Assembly (NCBI GenBank): GCA_046539845.1
Contig: JBKHGE010000015.1
Location: forward strand, 1-46,194
Length of the DNA: 46,194 nucleotides
Direction: 5' to 3'
From: Desulfonatronovibrionaceae bacterium
GTDB lineage: Bacteria; Desulfobacterota; Desulfovibrionia; Desulfovibrionales; Desulfonatronovibrionaceae
Below the pieces are notes generated by a model. It had not been told where the DNA came from and searched no databases. It worked only from the letters and a program-made list of their open reading frames with translations. The translations under genes were made by a program, and so were the position numbers. Positions 38,298 through 46,194 of this stretch are shown here, piece after piece (position 1 is the first letter of the stretch; each line of letters opens with the position of its first letter).

Positions 38298-39519
38298 AGC
38301 GCAGGGCCTCTGAGGGGTTTAGTCCGGCGGCCTGTCTGGCCGGATAAATGGTGGCCAGAAGACACAAAAGCATGGCCACCACCCCGATCAGAATCAGATC
38401 GGTTGCCTGCAAAAGGACCGGCAGGTGGTCCAAGTAATAGATGTCCTTGGGCAGCTGGATGAATTGATATTTTTCCAGAAGCCAGCATGCGCCCAGTCCA
38501 AGGGCAAAACCCAAAGATGTGCCCACCGCCCCGATAATCACGCCCTGGAGGACAAAGATCCTGCGGATCATTTTGGCGGTGGCCCCCATGGACATGAGTA
38601 TGGCGATATCTCTGGTCTTTTCCATGACCAGCATTATAAGTGTGGTCACGATGCTAAAGGAGCCAACCAGAACGATCATGATTAAGATTACGGCCATGGC
38701 GGTTTTTTCCAGCTTCAAAGCGGAGAACAGGTTCTGATTCATGTCCATCCAGTCCCGGACATAGAAGGGGTATCCGCCCAGGGTCTCCTCCAGGTCGGCG
38801 GCGGTCTTGTCCGCCTTGTACACGTCGCGCACCCGGAGTTCCATGCCGGTTACCGCATCGTTTTCAAATCCAAGGATATCTTGTCCCGCCTTTATCGTGG
38901 TGTAGGCCAGGGAAGAATCGTATTCGTACATCCCGGTATCAAATACCCCTTTTACCCGGAATCTTTTTATCTCCGGGGAGAAACCGCCTGCGGACTTTCT
39001 GCCGCTGGGTGAAAGCACGTTGACCAGGCTGCCCACGCCAATTCCGAGACGGGAAGAGAGTTCCTTGCCCAGGATGATGCCCGGCTCGGAGTCTGTGTCT
39101 TTCAGGGCCCTGAGACTGCCGGAAACCATATCTTCGCCGATACTCAGAACTCCCTCCGCTGTATCCGGATCAATGCCGCGCAGGGCCACGCCCTTGACTC
39201 CGCCTGGGGTGTTTAACATGACTTCGGAATAGATAAACGGGGTTACTCCGTCCACTTCCTCCCGGGAGGCGATTTCCGCGCCCAGCTCTTTGTAGTCCTG
39301 TATGGCCGACTTGTAGTTGCCTACCACCACGTGCGCGTTTACCCCGAGGATCTTGTCCCGCAGATTGGTGCTGAATCCATTCATCACCCCGAGGACCACG
39401 ATCAGAGAGGCTACTCCGAGGGCGACCCCGGCCATGGAGATAATGGATATTATGGAGATAAAGGACTGTTTTCTGCGCGCCAGGAGGTACTTGCCGGCGA
39501 CAAAGGATTCAAACCTCAT
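38290..39519 (-). CDS. Lipoprotein-releasing ABC transporter permease (LolC/E, LolF-type single gene)
   Basis: VLGVMNGF, GMYEYD, EKTRDIAILMSMGA, YPARQAA..P.EALRYE. Confidence 0.93.
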   Translation of the reverse strand: MRFESFVAGKYLLARRKQSFISIISIISMAGVALGVASLIVVLGVMNGFSTNLRDKILGVNAHVVVGNYKSAIQDYKELGAEIASREEVDGVTPFIYSEVMLNTPGGVKGVALRGIDPDTAEGVLSIGEDMVSGSLRALKDTDSEPGIILGKELSSRLGIGVGSLVNVLSPSGRKSAGGFSPEIKRFRVKGVFDTGMYEYDSSLAYTTIKAGQDILGFENDAVTGMELRVRDVYKADKTAADLEETLGGYPFYVRDWMDMNQNLFSALKLEKTAMAVILIMIVLVGSFSIVTTLIMLVMEKTRDIAILMSMGATAKMIRRIFVLQGVIIGAVGTSLGFALGLGACWLLEKYQFIQLPKDIYYLDHLPVLLQATDLILIGVVAMLLCLLATIYPARQAAGLNPSEALRYE

Positions 39520-41030
39520 CAGCTGGAAGCCCCCTCGCTTCTGAGCAGCGGGAAAAGGATGACCTCCCGGATGGAGGAGGAGTCGGTGAAAAGCATCACC
39601 AAACGGTCAATACCTACACCCTCTCCCCCGGCCGGGGGCATGCCGTACTCCAGGGCCCGGATATAGTCGTGATCCATGAAGTGGGCCTCTTCGTCGCCGG
39701 ATTCTTTTTCTTTGAGCTGCTCCTGAAACCGGCTGCGCTGGTCTTCCGGGTCATTGAGTTCGGAAAAGGCGTTGGCCATCTCCCGGCCGCAGATAAACAG
39801 CTCAAACCTGTCTGTCACCTCCGGATTGTCTTCATTCCGGCGCGACAAAGGAGAAATGTCCGTGGGATAGTGGTATATGAAATGGGGCTGAATCAGCTTG
39901 GGCTCCACCAGGAGGTCAAACAGCTTGGCCTGCAGTTTGCCCAGTTTCTCGTCTGTCTGCGCACTCTCGCCATGCTTTTTTACTAGGCTCCTGGCCCGGT
40001 CGTAGTCCTGGTAATCTGCCGGAGAGAGTCCGCCGATTTTTTCCAGGGCCCGATAAAAGGTGATCCTGGTCCAGGGCGGAGTCAGGTCGATTTCCTGGCC
40101 CTGATAGGTGATCTTGGAGGTGGAGAACAGGTTGTGTGCGATATAATTGAGCAACTCTTCGGTGAGCTCCATCATTTCCAAAAAATCGGCATAGGCCATA
40201 TAGAATTCAAGCATGGTGAATTCGGGGTTGTGCTGGGTGGAGATGCCTTCGTTACGGAAGTTGCGGTTTATCTCGTATACCCGTTCAAAGCCTCCGACTA
40301 GAAGCCTTTTTAAGTACAGTTCCGGGGCGATGCGCAGATAGAGCTGCATGTCCAGGGCGTTGTGATAGGTGGAAAACGGCCTGGCCGTGGCCCCACCCGG
40401 AATGGGTTGCATCATGGGGGTCTCGACCTCGAGGAAATTTTTGTGGTCCAAAAAGTCCCTTATAAGCCGGATGATTTTGGTCCGAACCATGAATACCTCC
40501 CGGGAACCGGAATTGACCGCCAGGTCGAGGTAGCGCTGGCGGTACCTGGTCTCCACGTCCCGCAAGCCGTGGTATTTTTCCGGAAGAGGCCGCATGGACT
40601 TGGACAAAAGGGTTATTTCTTCCGCATTGACTGTAAGCTCCCCGGTCTTGGTCCGGAACAGACCACCCCGGACACCGACTATATCCCCGACATCAAATTT
40701 TTTGAACAGCTTGTATACTTCCGCGCCCAGGGTATCCCTCTGGACAAAAACCTGGATGCGACCGGAATGGTCCCGGAGCTGCAAAAAGGTTACCTTCCCA
40801 AAGGAGCGCAGGGCAACGACTCTGCCGGCGATGCTGTAGGTGCCCGTTTCCCTCTCCAGTTCCTCCGGGTCTGAATCTTTGAACCGGGTGCACAGGTCAG
40901 TGATTTCGGTGTCTTTGCGGAATTCGTTCGGGTACAGGCGTACCCCCGCCTCTTTCAGGATGTCCGCCTTTTCCACCCGGTGTTTGAGGACTTGACTCAG
41001 ATTGTCCTGCTTGTTTTGTTTCTTCCCCAA
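39519..41030 (-). CDS. lysS: Lysine--tRNA ligase (class II)
   Basis: RYRQRYLDL, LRIAPELYLKR, FRNEG, HNPEF, GIDRL; AGGAG RBS before TTG. Confidence 0.98.
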   Translation of the reverse strand: MGKKQNKQDNLSQVLKHRVEKADILKEAGVRLYPNEFRKDTEITDLCTRFKDSDPEELERETGTYSIAGRVVALRSFGKVTFLQLRDHSGRIQVFVQRDTLGAEVYKLFKKFDVGDIVGVRGGLFRTKTGELTVNAEEITLLSKSMRPLPEKYHGLRDVETRYRQRYLDLAVNSGSREVFMVRTKIIRLIRDFLDHKNFLEVETPMMQPIPGGATARPFSTYHNALDMQLYLRIAPELYLKRLLVGGFERVYEINRNFRNEGISTQHNPEFTMLEFYMAYADFLEMMELTEELLNYIAHNLFSTSKITYQGQEIDLTPPWTRITFYRALEKIGGLSPADYQDYDRARSLVKKHGESAQTDEKLGKLQAKLFDLLVEPKLIQPHFIYHYPTDISPLSRRNEDNPEVTDRFELFICGREMANAFSELNDPEDQRSRFQEQLKEKESGDEEAHFMDHDYIRALEYGMPPAGGEGVGIDRLVMLFTDSSSIREVILFPLLRSEGASS

Positions 41031-41116
41031 TTAGATCTCCTGTTGATGGTGGACAAAGCGCCTGTCCGGCTGTTTTTCGCCTTGCAGCCAGGCGTCTTGA
41101 GCAAAGAGAGCTTAAG

Positions 41117-41145
41117 AATTTATTGAAAAAAGGGGGGGGAGTCAA
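41117..41145 (-). promoter_or_regulatory. Sigma70 promoter of the lysS operon
   Basis: Minus strand TTGACT-17 bp (CCCCCCCCTTTTTTCAA)-TAAATT. Confidence 0.65.
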
Positions 41146-41251
41146 GAATACTCCTTGTCCGGCAATACGGCGGGTAGCGCTACTTTGACCCATATCTCTG
41201 TAGTGAATCTGTTACAGCATTTTTTCGTGTGCACAGTTTAAATACTTTAAA

Positions 41252-41271
41252 TGCAGAATTTAAAATCTGCA
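41252..41271. promoter_or_regulatory. Near-perfect palindrome in the lysS/proV divergent region
   Basis: TGCAGAATTTAAAATCTGCA, one mismatched pair. Confidence 0.4.
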
Positions 41272-41447
41272 GTCATTCCCTACGATATTGTTCCGTAATT
41301 ATGCCGTTGTGAGCCTCAAGATAAAGGGAATAACGGAGAGTTTAAAAAAAACTTGACCTGAACTGTGAATGTGATATCTCTAAGCACACTAGTCGTTGTT
41401 TTTGATTGGAGAAATATCCTGAAACTATAAGCAGGTGCAGGTAATTT

Positions 41448-42641
41448 ATGGAAAAAATTGTTGTCCAGAACTTGTACAAAATTTTCGGGAGCCATCCGGA
41501 GAAGGCCCTGAAAATGTTGGAGCAAGGCTCGAACAAGGACGAGATCATGGAGAAACTCGGCAACCCTGTTGGGGTGGACGATGTCTCCTTTGACGTTAAA
41601 CAGGGAGAAATCGTGGTTGTCATGGGGCTTTCCGGGAGCGGAAAGTCCACTCTGGTCCGGTGCATAAACAGGCTTTTTGAGCCTACGGCAGGGAAGATAA
41701 CCGTTGACGGGACCGATGTCATAGGCTTGGACCAGGACGAACTCATGCGTTTCCGTCGGGCCAAGTTCGGAATGGTTTTCCAGAATTTCGCTCTCTTTCC
41801 GCACCGCCGGGTGGTTCAAAATGTTGAATTCGGCCTTGAGGTCCAGAAAGAGGAACCGGAAAAGATGCGCAAGAAGGCCATGGATGCCTTGGAAATGGTC
41901 GGACTCAAAGGCTGGGAAAACAGCTATCCCCAGGAGCTCTCCGGCGGAATGCAACAGAGAGTGGGCCTGGCCCGGGCCATTGCCCTGGATCCGGATATTT
42001 TGCTTATGGACGAGGCCTTCAGTGCTTTGGATCCCTTGATCAGAAGGGATATGCAGGATGAACTTTTGAAGCTGCAGGAAGCGATGCACAAGACCATTGT
42101 CTTTATCAGTCACGACCTGGACGAGGCCCTGAAACTGGGGGACCGTATTGTTTTGATGAAGGACGGGAAAGTTGTCCAGATCGGGACCAGTGAAGAAATC
42201 CTCACCGCTCCGGCCACCGAGTATGTGGCCAAGTTTGTGGAGGAAGTGGATATAACCAAGGTCCTTACCGCGGAGTCGGTGATGAAAAAGACTGAGGCCG
42301 TGGCTCATTTGAAAACCGATGGCCCCAGGGCGTCTTTGCGCAAGATGAGAAAGAACGCCATTTCTTCTCTTTTTGTGGTTGACGAGGACCACAAAGTCGT
42401 GGGTGTGCTCACAGCGGATGACGCTGCCGCTTTGGCCAAGACAGACAACCGCGATTTAAGAGAGATCATGAAAACCGATTTCAAGACCGTTTCTCCGGAA
42501 ACCTCGGCGACCGACCTATTCCCCATGCTGCAGGACATCCCCTATCCGCTGGTTGTTGCGGATGAAAACGGCAGGCTTTTGGGGGTAATTGTCCGCGGTC
42601 AACTTATAGGGGCCATAGCCGAAAGGGGAGGTAACGAATAA
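41448..42641 (+). CDS. proV: Glycine betaine/proline ABC transporter ATPase with tandem CBS domains
   Basis: GLSGSGKS, LSGGMQQRVGLARA, MDEAFSALDPLIR, C-terminal CBS pair. Confidence 0.95.
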   Translation: MEKIVVQNLYKIFGSHPEKALKMLEQGSNKDEIMEKLGNPVGVDDVSFDVKQGEIVVVMGLSGSGKSTLVRCINRLFEPTAGKITVDGTDVIGLDQDELMRFRRAKFGMVFQNFALFPHRRVVQNVEFGLEVQKEEPEKMRKKAMDALEMVGLKGWENSYPQELSGGMQQRVGLARAIALDPDILLMDEAFSALDPLIRRDMQDELLKLQEAMHKTIVFISHDLDEALKLGDRIVLMKDGKVVQIGTSEEILTAPATEYVAKFVEEVDITKVLTAESVMKKTEAVAHLKTDGPRASLRKMRKNAISSLFVVDEDHKVVGVLTADDAAALAKTDNRDLREIMKTDFKTVSPETSATDLFPMLQDIPYPLVVADENGRLLGVIVRGQLIGAIAERGGNE

Positions 42642-43493
42642 ATGTCCAGCACCATGCCTTTAATTCCCAGAATACCCATAGGAGACGCCATAGAGGCGGC
42701 TATTGATTTCCTGGTTTTGCATTTTTCTTTTTTGACCAAGGCGTTTTCCCGTGTTGCTGAGAGCGGGCTGAAGATCCTGGAATCAGTGATGATGTTCCCG
42801 CCGCCCTGGCTCTTCATCCTCATCTTTGCGCTTGTGGTTTATTTCCTGTCCAAAAGCCGCGGGGTGAGTATATTCAGTGCCGCGGGCCTGGCCCTTATCT
42901 GGAACATGGGTCTGTGGTCCCCGACCATAAGCACCATTGCTCTGGTTTTGGTATCCACCATGATTGCTATTATCCTCGGCCTGCCCCTCGGCATCCTGGC
43001 GGCCATGAGCAGGGTGATGTATCGCATAGTCATGCCTGTCCTGGATTTTATGCAGACCATGCCCGCGTTTGTCTATTTGATCCCGGCCATCCCGTTTTTC
43101 GGACTGGGCAAAGTCGCGGCCATATTTTCCACGGTTATTTTTTCCATGCCTCCGGCTATCCGCCTGACCACTCTGGGCATCAAGCAGGTCCCAACTGAGC
43201 TGGTGGAATGTGCGGATGCCTTTGGAGCCAGCAAATGGCAGAAGCTTTTCAAGCTGCAGCTACCTCTGGCCACGACCACGATCATGGCCGGAATAAACCA
43301 GACGGTTATGCTGGCGCTTTCCATGGTCGTTATCGCCTCCATGATTGGTGCTAAAGGACTTGGCGGCGAAGTGTGGAAGGCCATTCAGCGGCTGCAGCCG
43401 GGCAATGGCTTTGAAGCCGGCATTGGAATTGTTATCGTGGCTATTGTGTTGGATCGCGTGCTGCAAAAGGTTGCCGCACGGACTAAAAACTAA
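42642..43493 (+). CDS. proW: Glycine betaine/proline ABC transporter permease
   Basis: LDFMQTMPAFVYLIP, GINQTVMLALSMVVIASMIGA. Confidence 0.95.
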   Translation: MSSTMPLIPRIPIGDAIEAAIDFLVLHFSFLTKAFSRVAESGLKILESVMMFPPPWLFILIFALVVYFLSKSRGVSIFSAAGLALIWNMGLWSPTISTIALVLVSTMIAIILGLPLGILAAMSRVMYRIVMPVLDFMQTMPAFVYLIPAIPFFGLGKVAAIFSTVIFSMPPAIRLTTLGIKQVPTELVECADAFGASKWQKLFKLQLPLATTTIMAGINQTVMLALSMVVIASMIGAKGLGGEVWKAIQRLQPGNGFEAGIGIVIVAIVLDRVLQKVAARTKN

Positions 43494-43516
43494 ACTCAAA
43501 CTCAAGGGGGTTTGCA

Positions 43517-44377
43517 ATGTTTCGCAAGGGTCTTATTTTGATTGTTCTTGTGGCCATGTGCCTCGCCTTTATGCCTGTTCAGTCGCAGGCCAGTAAAGGC
43601 ACTGTGAAGATGTCTTATGTGGAGTGGTCCTGCGCCACGGCTAGCACCAATGTGGCCGCGGCTATAATCGAGGAGAAGCTGGATTATGACGTGGACACGA
43701 TGGCGGTCAGCGCCGCGGCCATGTGGCAGGCAGTGGCTTCCGGAGATGTGGACGCCATGATTACCGCTTGGCTTCCGGTTACCCACAAGCCTTATTACGA
43801 CAAGCTTAAGGACGACGTGGTCAATCTTGGTCAGCTGACCACCGGGGCCAAGATCGGCCTAGTTGTCCCTGATTATGTGACCATCGATTCCATTGAGGAA
43901 ATGAAGGACAATGCGGACAAGTTCGATAGCAAGATCATCGGTATCGACCCGGGTGCCGGGATCATGATGAAGACTGAGGAAGCCATCGATGAGTATGACC
44001 TGGAAGGCTTTAATCTGGTGGAAGGCAGCGGCGCGACCATGACTGCTGCCCTGAAGGACGCCATTCGCCAGGAGGAATGGGTTGCGGTTACCGGCTGGTC
44101 ACCGCACTGGAAGTTCGGCCGCTGGGATTTGAAATACCTCAAGGATCCCAAGGGCGTCTACGGCGGGGCCGAGGACATCGATAAAATCGTGCGCAAAGGC
44201 CTTAAAGAGGACAAGCCCGAGGTTTACGACTTCTTGAAGCGTATGCAGTGGGATTTGGACACCATGCAGGAGGTAATGGCCTGGAATCAGGAAGAGGGCG
44301 CTGATCCGTTGGAAAACGGCAAGCGGTTTATGAAGGAGAATCCCGAGCTAGTGAACAAGTGGCTGGGCAAGGAGTAA
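43517..44377 (+). CDS. proX: Glycine betaine ABC transporter substrate-binding protein
   Basis: Signal peptide, AWLPVTH, GIDPGAG, GWSPHW, LKYLKDPK (OpuAC/ProX family). Confidence 0.93.
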   Translation: MFRKGLILIVLVAMCLAFMPVQSQASKGTVKMSYVEWSCATASTNVAAAIIEEKLDYDVDTMAVSAAAMWQAVASGDVDAMITAWLPVTHKPYYDKLKDDVVNLGQLTTGAKIGLVVPDYVTIDSIEEMKDNADKFDSKIIGIDPGAGIMMKTEEAIDEYDLEGFNLVEGSGATMTAALKDAIRQEEWVAVTGWSPHWKFGRWDLKYLKDPKGVYGGAEDIDKIVRKGLKEDKPEVYDFLKRMQWDLDTMQEVMAWNQEEGADPLENGKRFMKENPELVNKWLGKE

Positions 44378-44440
44378 AAGCCCTTGACAGCGGACTTTAT
44401 ATTCTCTAGTTAAGCAATTCCGCGCTCGGCGCGGACAGAT

Positions 44441-44516
44441 TCCCCGGTAGCTCAATCGGCAGAGCGGGTGGCTGTTAACCACTAGGTTGGCGGTTCAAGT
44501 CCGTCCCGGGGAGCCA
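44441..44516 (+). tRNA. tRNA-Asn (GTT)
   Basis: Acceptor stem TCCCCGG/CCGGGGA, D arm, anticodon loop CTGTTAA (GTT at 44474-44476), GGTTCAAGTCC T arm, encoded CCA. Confidence 0.98.
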
Positions 44517-44548
44517 GAAAACAATCTTTAGCTGTTTGCTAAAGTCCG

Positions 44549-44585
44549 AAAAGCCCCGAGAGATGCAAGTCTCTCGGGGCTTTTT
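44549..44585 (+). terminator. Strong hairpin / terminator after tRNA-Asn
   Basis: 15-bp perfect stem AAAAGCCCCGAGAGA/TCTCTCGGGGCTTTT with A and T tails (potentially bidirectional). Confidence 0.85.
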
Positions 44586-44631
44586 AGTGTCAGCAAGTCT
44601 ACCAATGTGTATTGACAGCAATTAAATTTGG

Positions 44632-44688
44632 GGGGTAACACTTGGGGTAACAAATGGTGCTGCCTTGCAAGACTCAAAATGTTACCCC
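44632..44688. repeat. GGGGTAACA repeats, candidate integrase arm-type sites
   Basis: Direct copies at 44632-44640 and 44644-44652; inverted copy TGTTACCCC at 44680-44688. Confidence 0.7.
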
Positions 44689-44737
44689 AGGAACTTTCAA
44701 AGAGCCTGGATTAAGGGCTTAAAAAAGGGTTGCTAGA

Positions 44738-45940
44738 ATGGCTTTGACGGATGTTCAAATAAAAAATCTTACCCCAGGCACCAAAACGTACAAACGATTC
44801 GACGAGGGCGGACTTTTTATCGAGGTGCGCAAAACTGGGAAAAAGTTTTTCCGGTTTAAATTTACCTTTGGTGGTAAATATCAACTGTTGAGCTTGGGCG
44901 AGTACCCGGCGGTTTCATTGAAGCTTGCGCGGGATAAGGTCATTGATGCAAAGCGCCAACTTGCTGAAGGCATTAATCCGGCCCAAGTTAAGAGGGAGCA
45001 GAAGCAAAGCCAGAAAAAAAACACGCTTGAGGACGTTGCCTTTGAATGGTTTAAAAATTCCAAGGATAAATGGTCCGAAGGTCACGCTAAGACAATTTGG
45101 CGGCGCGTAGAGAAGAACTTATTGCCTTGGCTGAAAAATCGGCCTGTTCAGGAGATTACAACGCGGGAAATTTTGGAAGTGCTCCGTAAGGTTGAAGCAC
45201 GAGGAGCGGTGGAGACCGCTCACCGGCTGGCCCAAATTATGAGCCAGGTTTATATTTACGCAGTGGCGGCGGGGATCGCGGAAAATAACCCGGTAAGCGA
45301 TATTTCCAAGGCCCTAAAGCCGGTGAGAACCAGGCAGTTGCCCGCTATTACCGAGCCGGAGCGCATCAAGGACTTTCTCCGGGCGATTGATGGATTCCAA
45401 GGCACGTATCCGGTCCTTTGTGCCTTGAGGCTTGCACCATTGGTTTTCCTACGCCCTGGAGAATTGCGTAAGGGCAAGTGGTCGGAAATCGACTGGCAAG
45501 AAAATTTGTGGATTATCCCGGCAGAGCGGATGAAAAAGAAGCGTGAACACTTGGTCCCGCTCTCCAGCCAGGCGCGGGGTATCTTGGAAAAACTTTACCC
45601 CTTGACCGCTGAAACCGGGAATATCTTTCCGGCAGTCAGGAAAAGCGACCGTTGCATGAGTGAAGCTACTCTAAACGCGGCCCTACTCCGGATTGGCATA
45701 CCAAAAGAAGAGCATTGTCCGCATGGATTCCGAACAATGGCATCAACACGGTTGCACGAAATGAATTGGCCGTCCCCGGTGATTGAAATGCAGCTGGCTC
45801 ACATTGATAAAAACCAAGTCCGGGCGGTCTACAATAGAGCGGAATATTTGGACCAGCGACGAAATATGATGCAGGCATGGGCCGATTACCTGGACGCGCT
45901 TAAAGCGGGCGGTAAAGTTTTATCATTTTCTTCAGGATAG
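44738..45940 (+). CDS. P4-like tyrosine integrase
   Basis: MALTD..IKN..P arm-binding N-terminus (DEGGLF, LSLGEYPAVSL), catalytic R (LRPGE), K (MKK), HGFR, LAH, Y (AVYN). Confidence 0.96.
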   Translation: MALTDVQIKNLTPGTKTYKRFDEGGLFIEVRKTGKKFFRFKFTFGGKYQLLSLGEYPAVSLKLARDKVIDAKRQLAEGINPAQVKREQKQSQKKNTLEDVAFEWFKNSKDKWSEGHAKTIWRRVEKNLLPWLKNRPVQEITTREILEVLRKVEARGAVETAHRLAQIMSQVYIYAVAAGIAENNPVSDISKALKPVRTRQLPAITEPERIKDFLRAIDGFQGTYPVLCALRLAPLVFLRPGELRKGKWSEIDWQENLWIIPAERMKKKREHLVPLSSQARGILEKLYPLTAETGNIFPAVRKSDRCMSEATLNAALLRIGIPKEEHCPHGFRTMASTRLHEMNWPSPVIEMQLAHIDKNQVRAVYNRAEYLDQRRNMMQAWADYLDALKAGGKVLSFSSG

Positions 45941-46194
45941 GCTTGGATAGATAGTAGACAAGTCTATTTTAAAGCCTCTTTTTTTACGGTAAGTTTCAAG
46001 AAAGTAAAGTTCCCTCCAAAAACTGGACAATGAGTTAAGGTGGATTTTTGAGCTTCCCCCCATCGGTTGGACAAAAAATGGGATAAGTTAAGGTGTATAC
46101 CTTTGCCGTTTTTAAGGGTCCAAGCGCCCATGGGGGCTGGGGGATTTCCTCAGTTTATTTGTTCTTTGTCAATCAAATATACAGCTTCCGGAGT

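Larger units (their letters stand above)
44517..46194. mobile_element. Left end of a tRNA-Asn-integrated genomic island / satellite-like element (extends beyond window)
   Basis: P4-type integrase immediately downstream of the tRNA, arm-like repeats, and visibly more AT-rich sequence than the host genes. Confidence 0.8.

Noticed and set aside
41316..42392. 358-aa minus-strand ORF opposite proV
   Set aside because: Common antisense artefact of ABC ATPase genes.
44384..44412. TTGACA upstream of tRNA-Asn
   Set aside because: Plausible -35, but the -10 at 17 bp (TAGTTA) is poor; not supported enough to list as a feature.
44526..44690. CRISPR-like array near the tRNA/integrase
   Set aside because: Repeats are only 9 bp, irregularly spaced and of mixed orientation; no cas genes or repeat-spacer periodicity seen in the window.

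Overview
A GC-rich bacterial chromosome segment whose gene order and content point to a Desulfovibrionales-like sulfate reducer, possibly halophilic (inference). Housekeeping block on the + strand (1-19.1 kb): mreC-mreD-mrdA-rodA, bactofilin, atpF'-F-H-A-G-D-C, glmU, zapB-zapA-6S RNA-rny-ymdB-like, tyrS, a UbiA/MqnP prenyltransferase and thrC. An unexplained 11.7-kb signalling/transport module follows (19.4-31.2 kb). It contains a Cys-rich PAS sigma54 activator with an altered Walker B, a NifB/NifX-family protein, two membrane histidine kinases, a pseudo-kinase, three stand-alone receivers, an internal consensus sigma54 promoter, a TauE/SafE (TSUP) transporter with a partner membrane protein, and a PEP-synthase-like phosphohistidine dikinase lacking the pyruvate-binding barrel. 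This module is the best candidate for an undescribed system. The - strand carries the envelope operon lysS-lolC/E-lolD-bamA-skp-lpxD-fabZ-lpxA-lpxI. The window ends with a glycine betaine ABC transporter (proVWX), tRNA-Asn(GTT) and a P4-like integrase marking the left edge of an integrated element that continues beyond the window. All calls come from reading motifs by eye; no searches were run.
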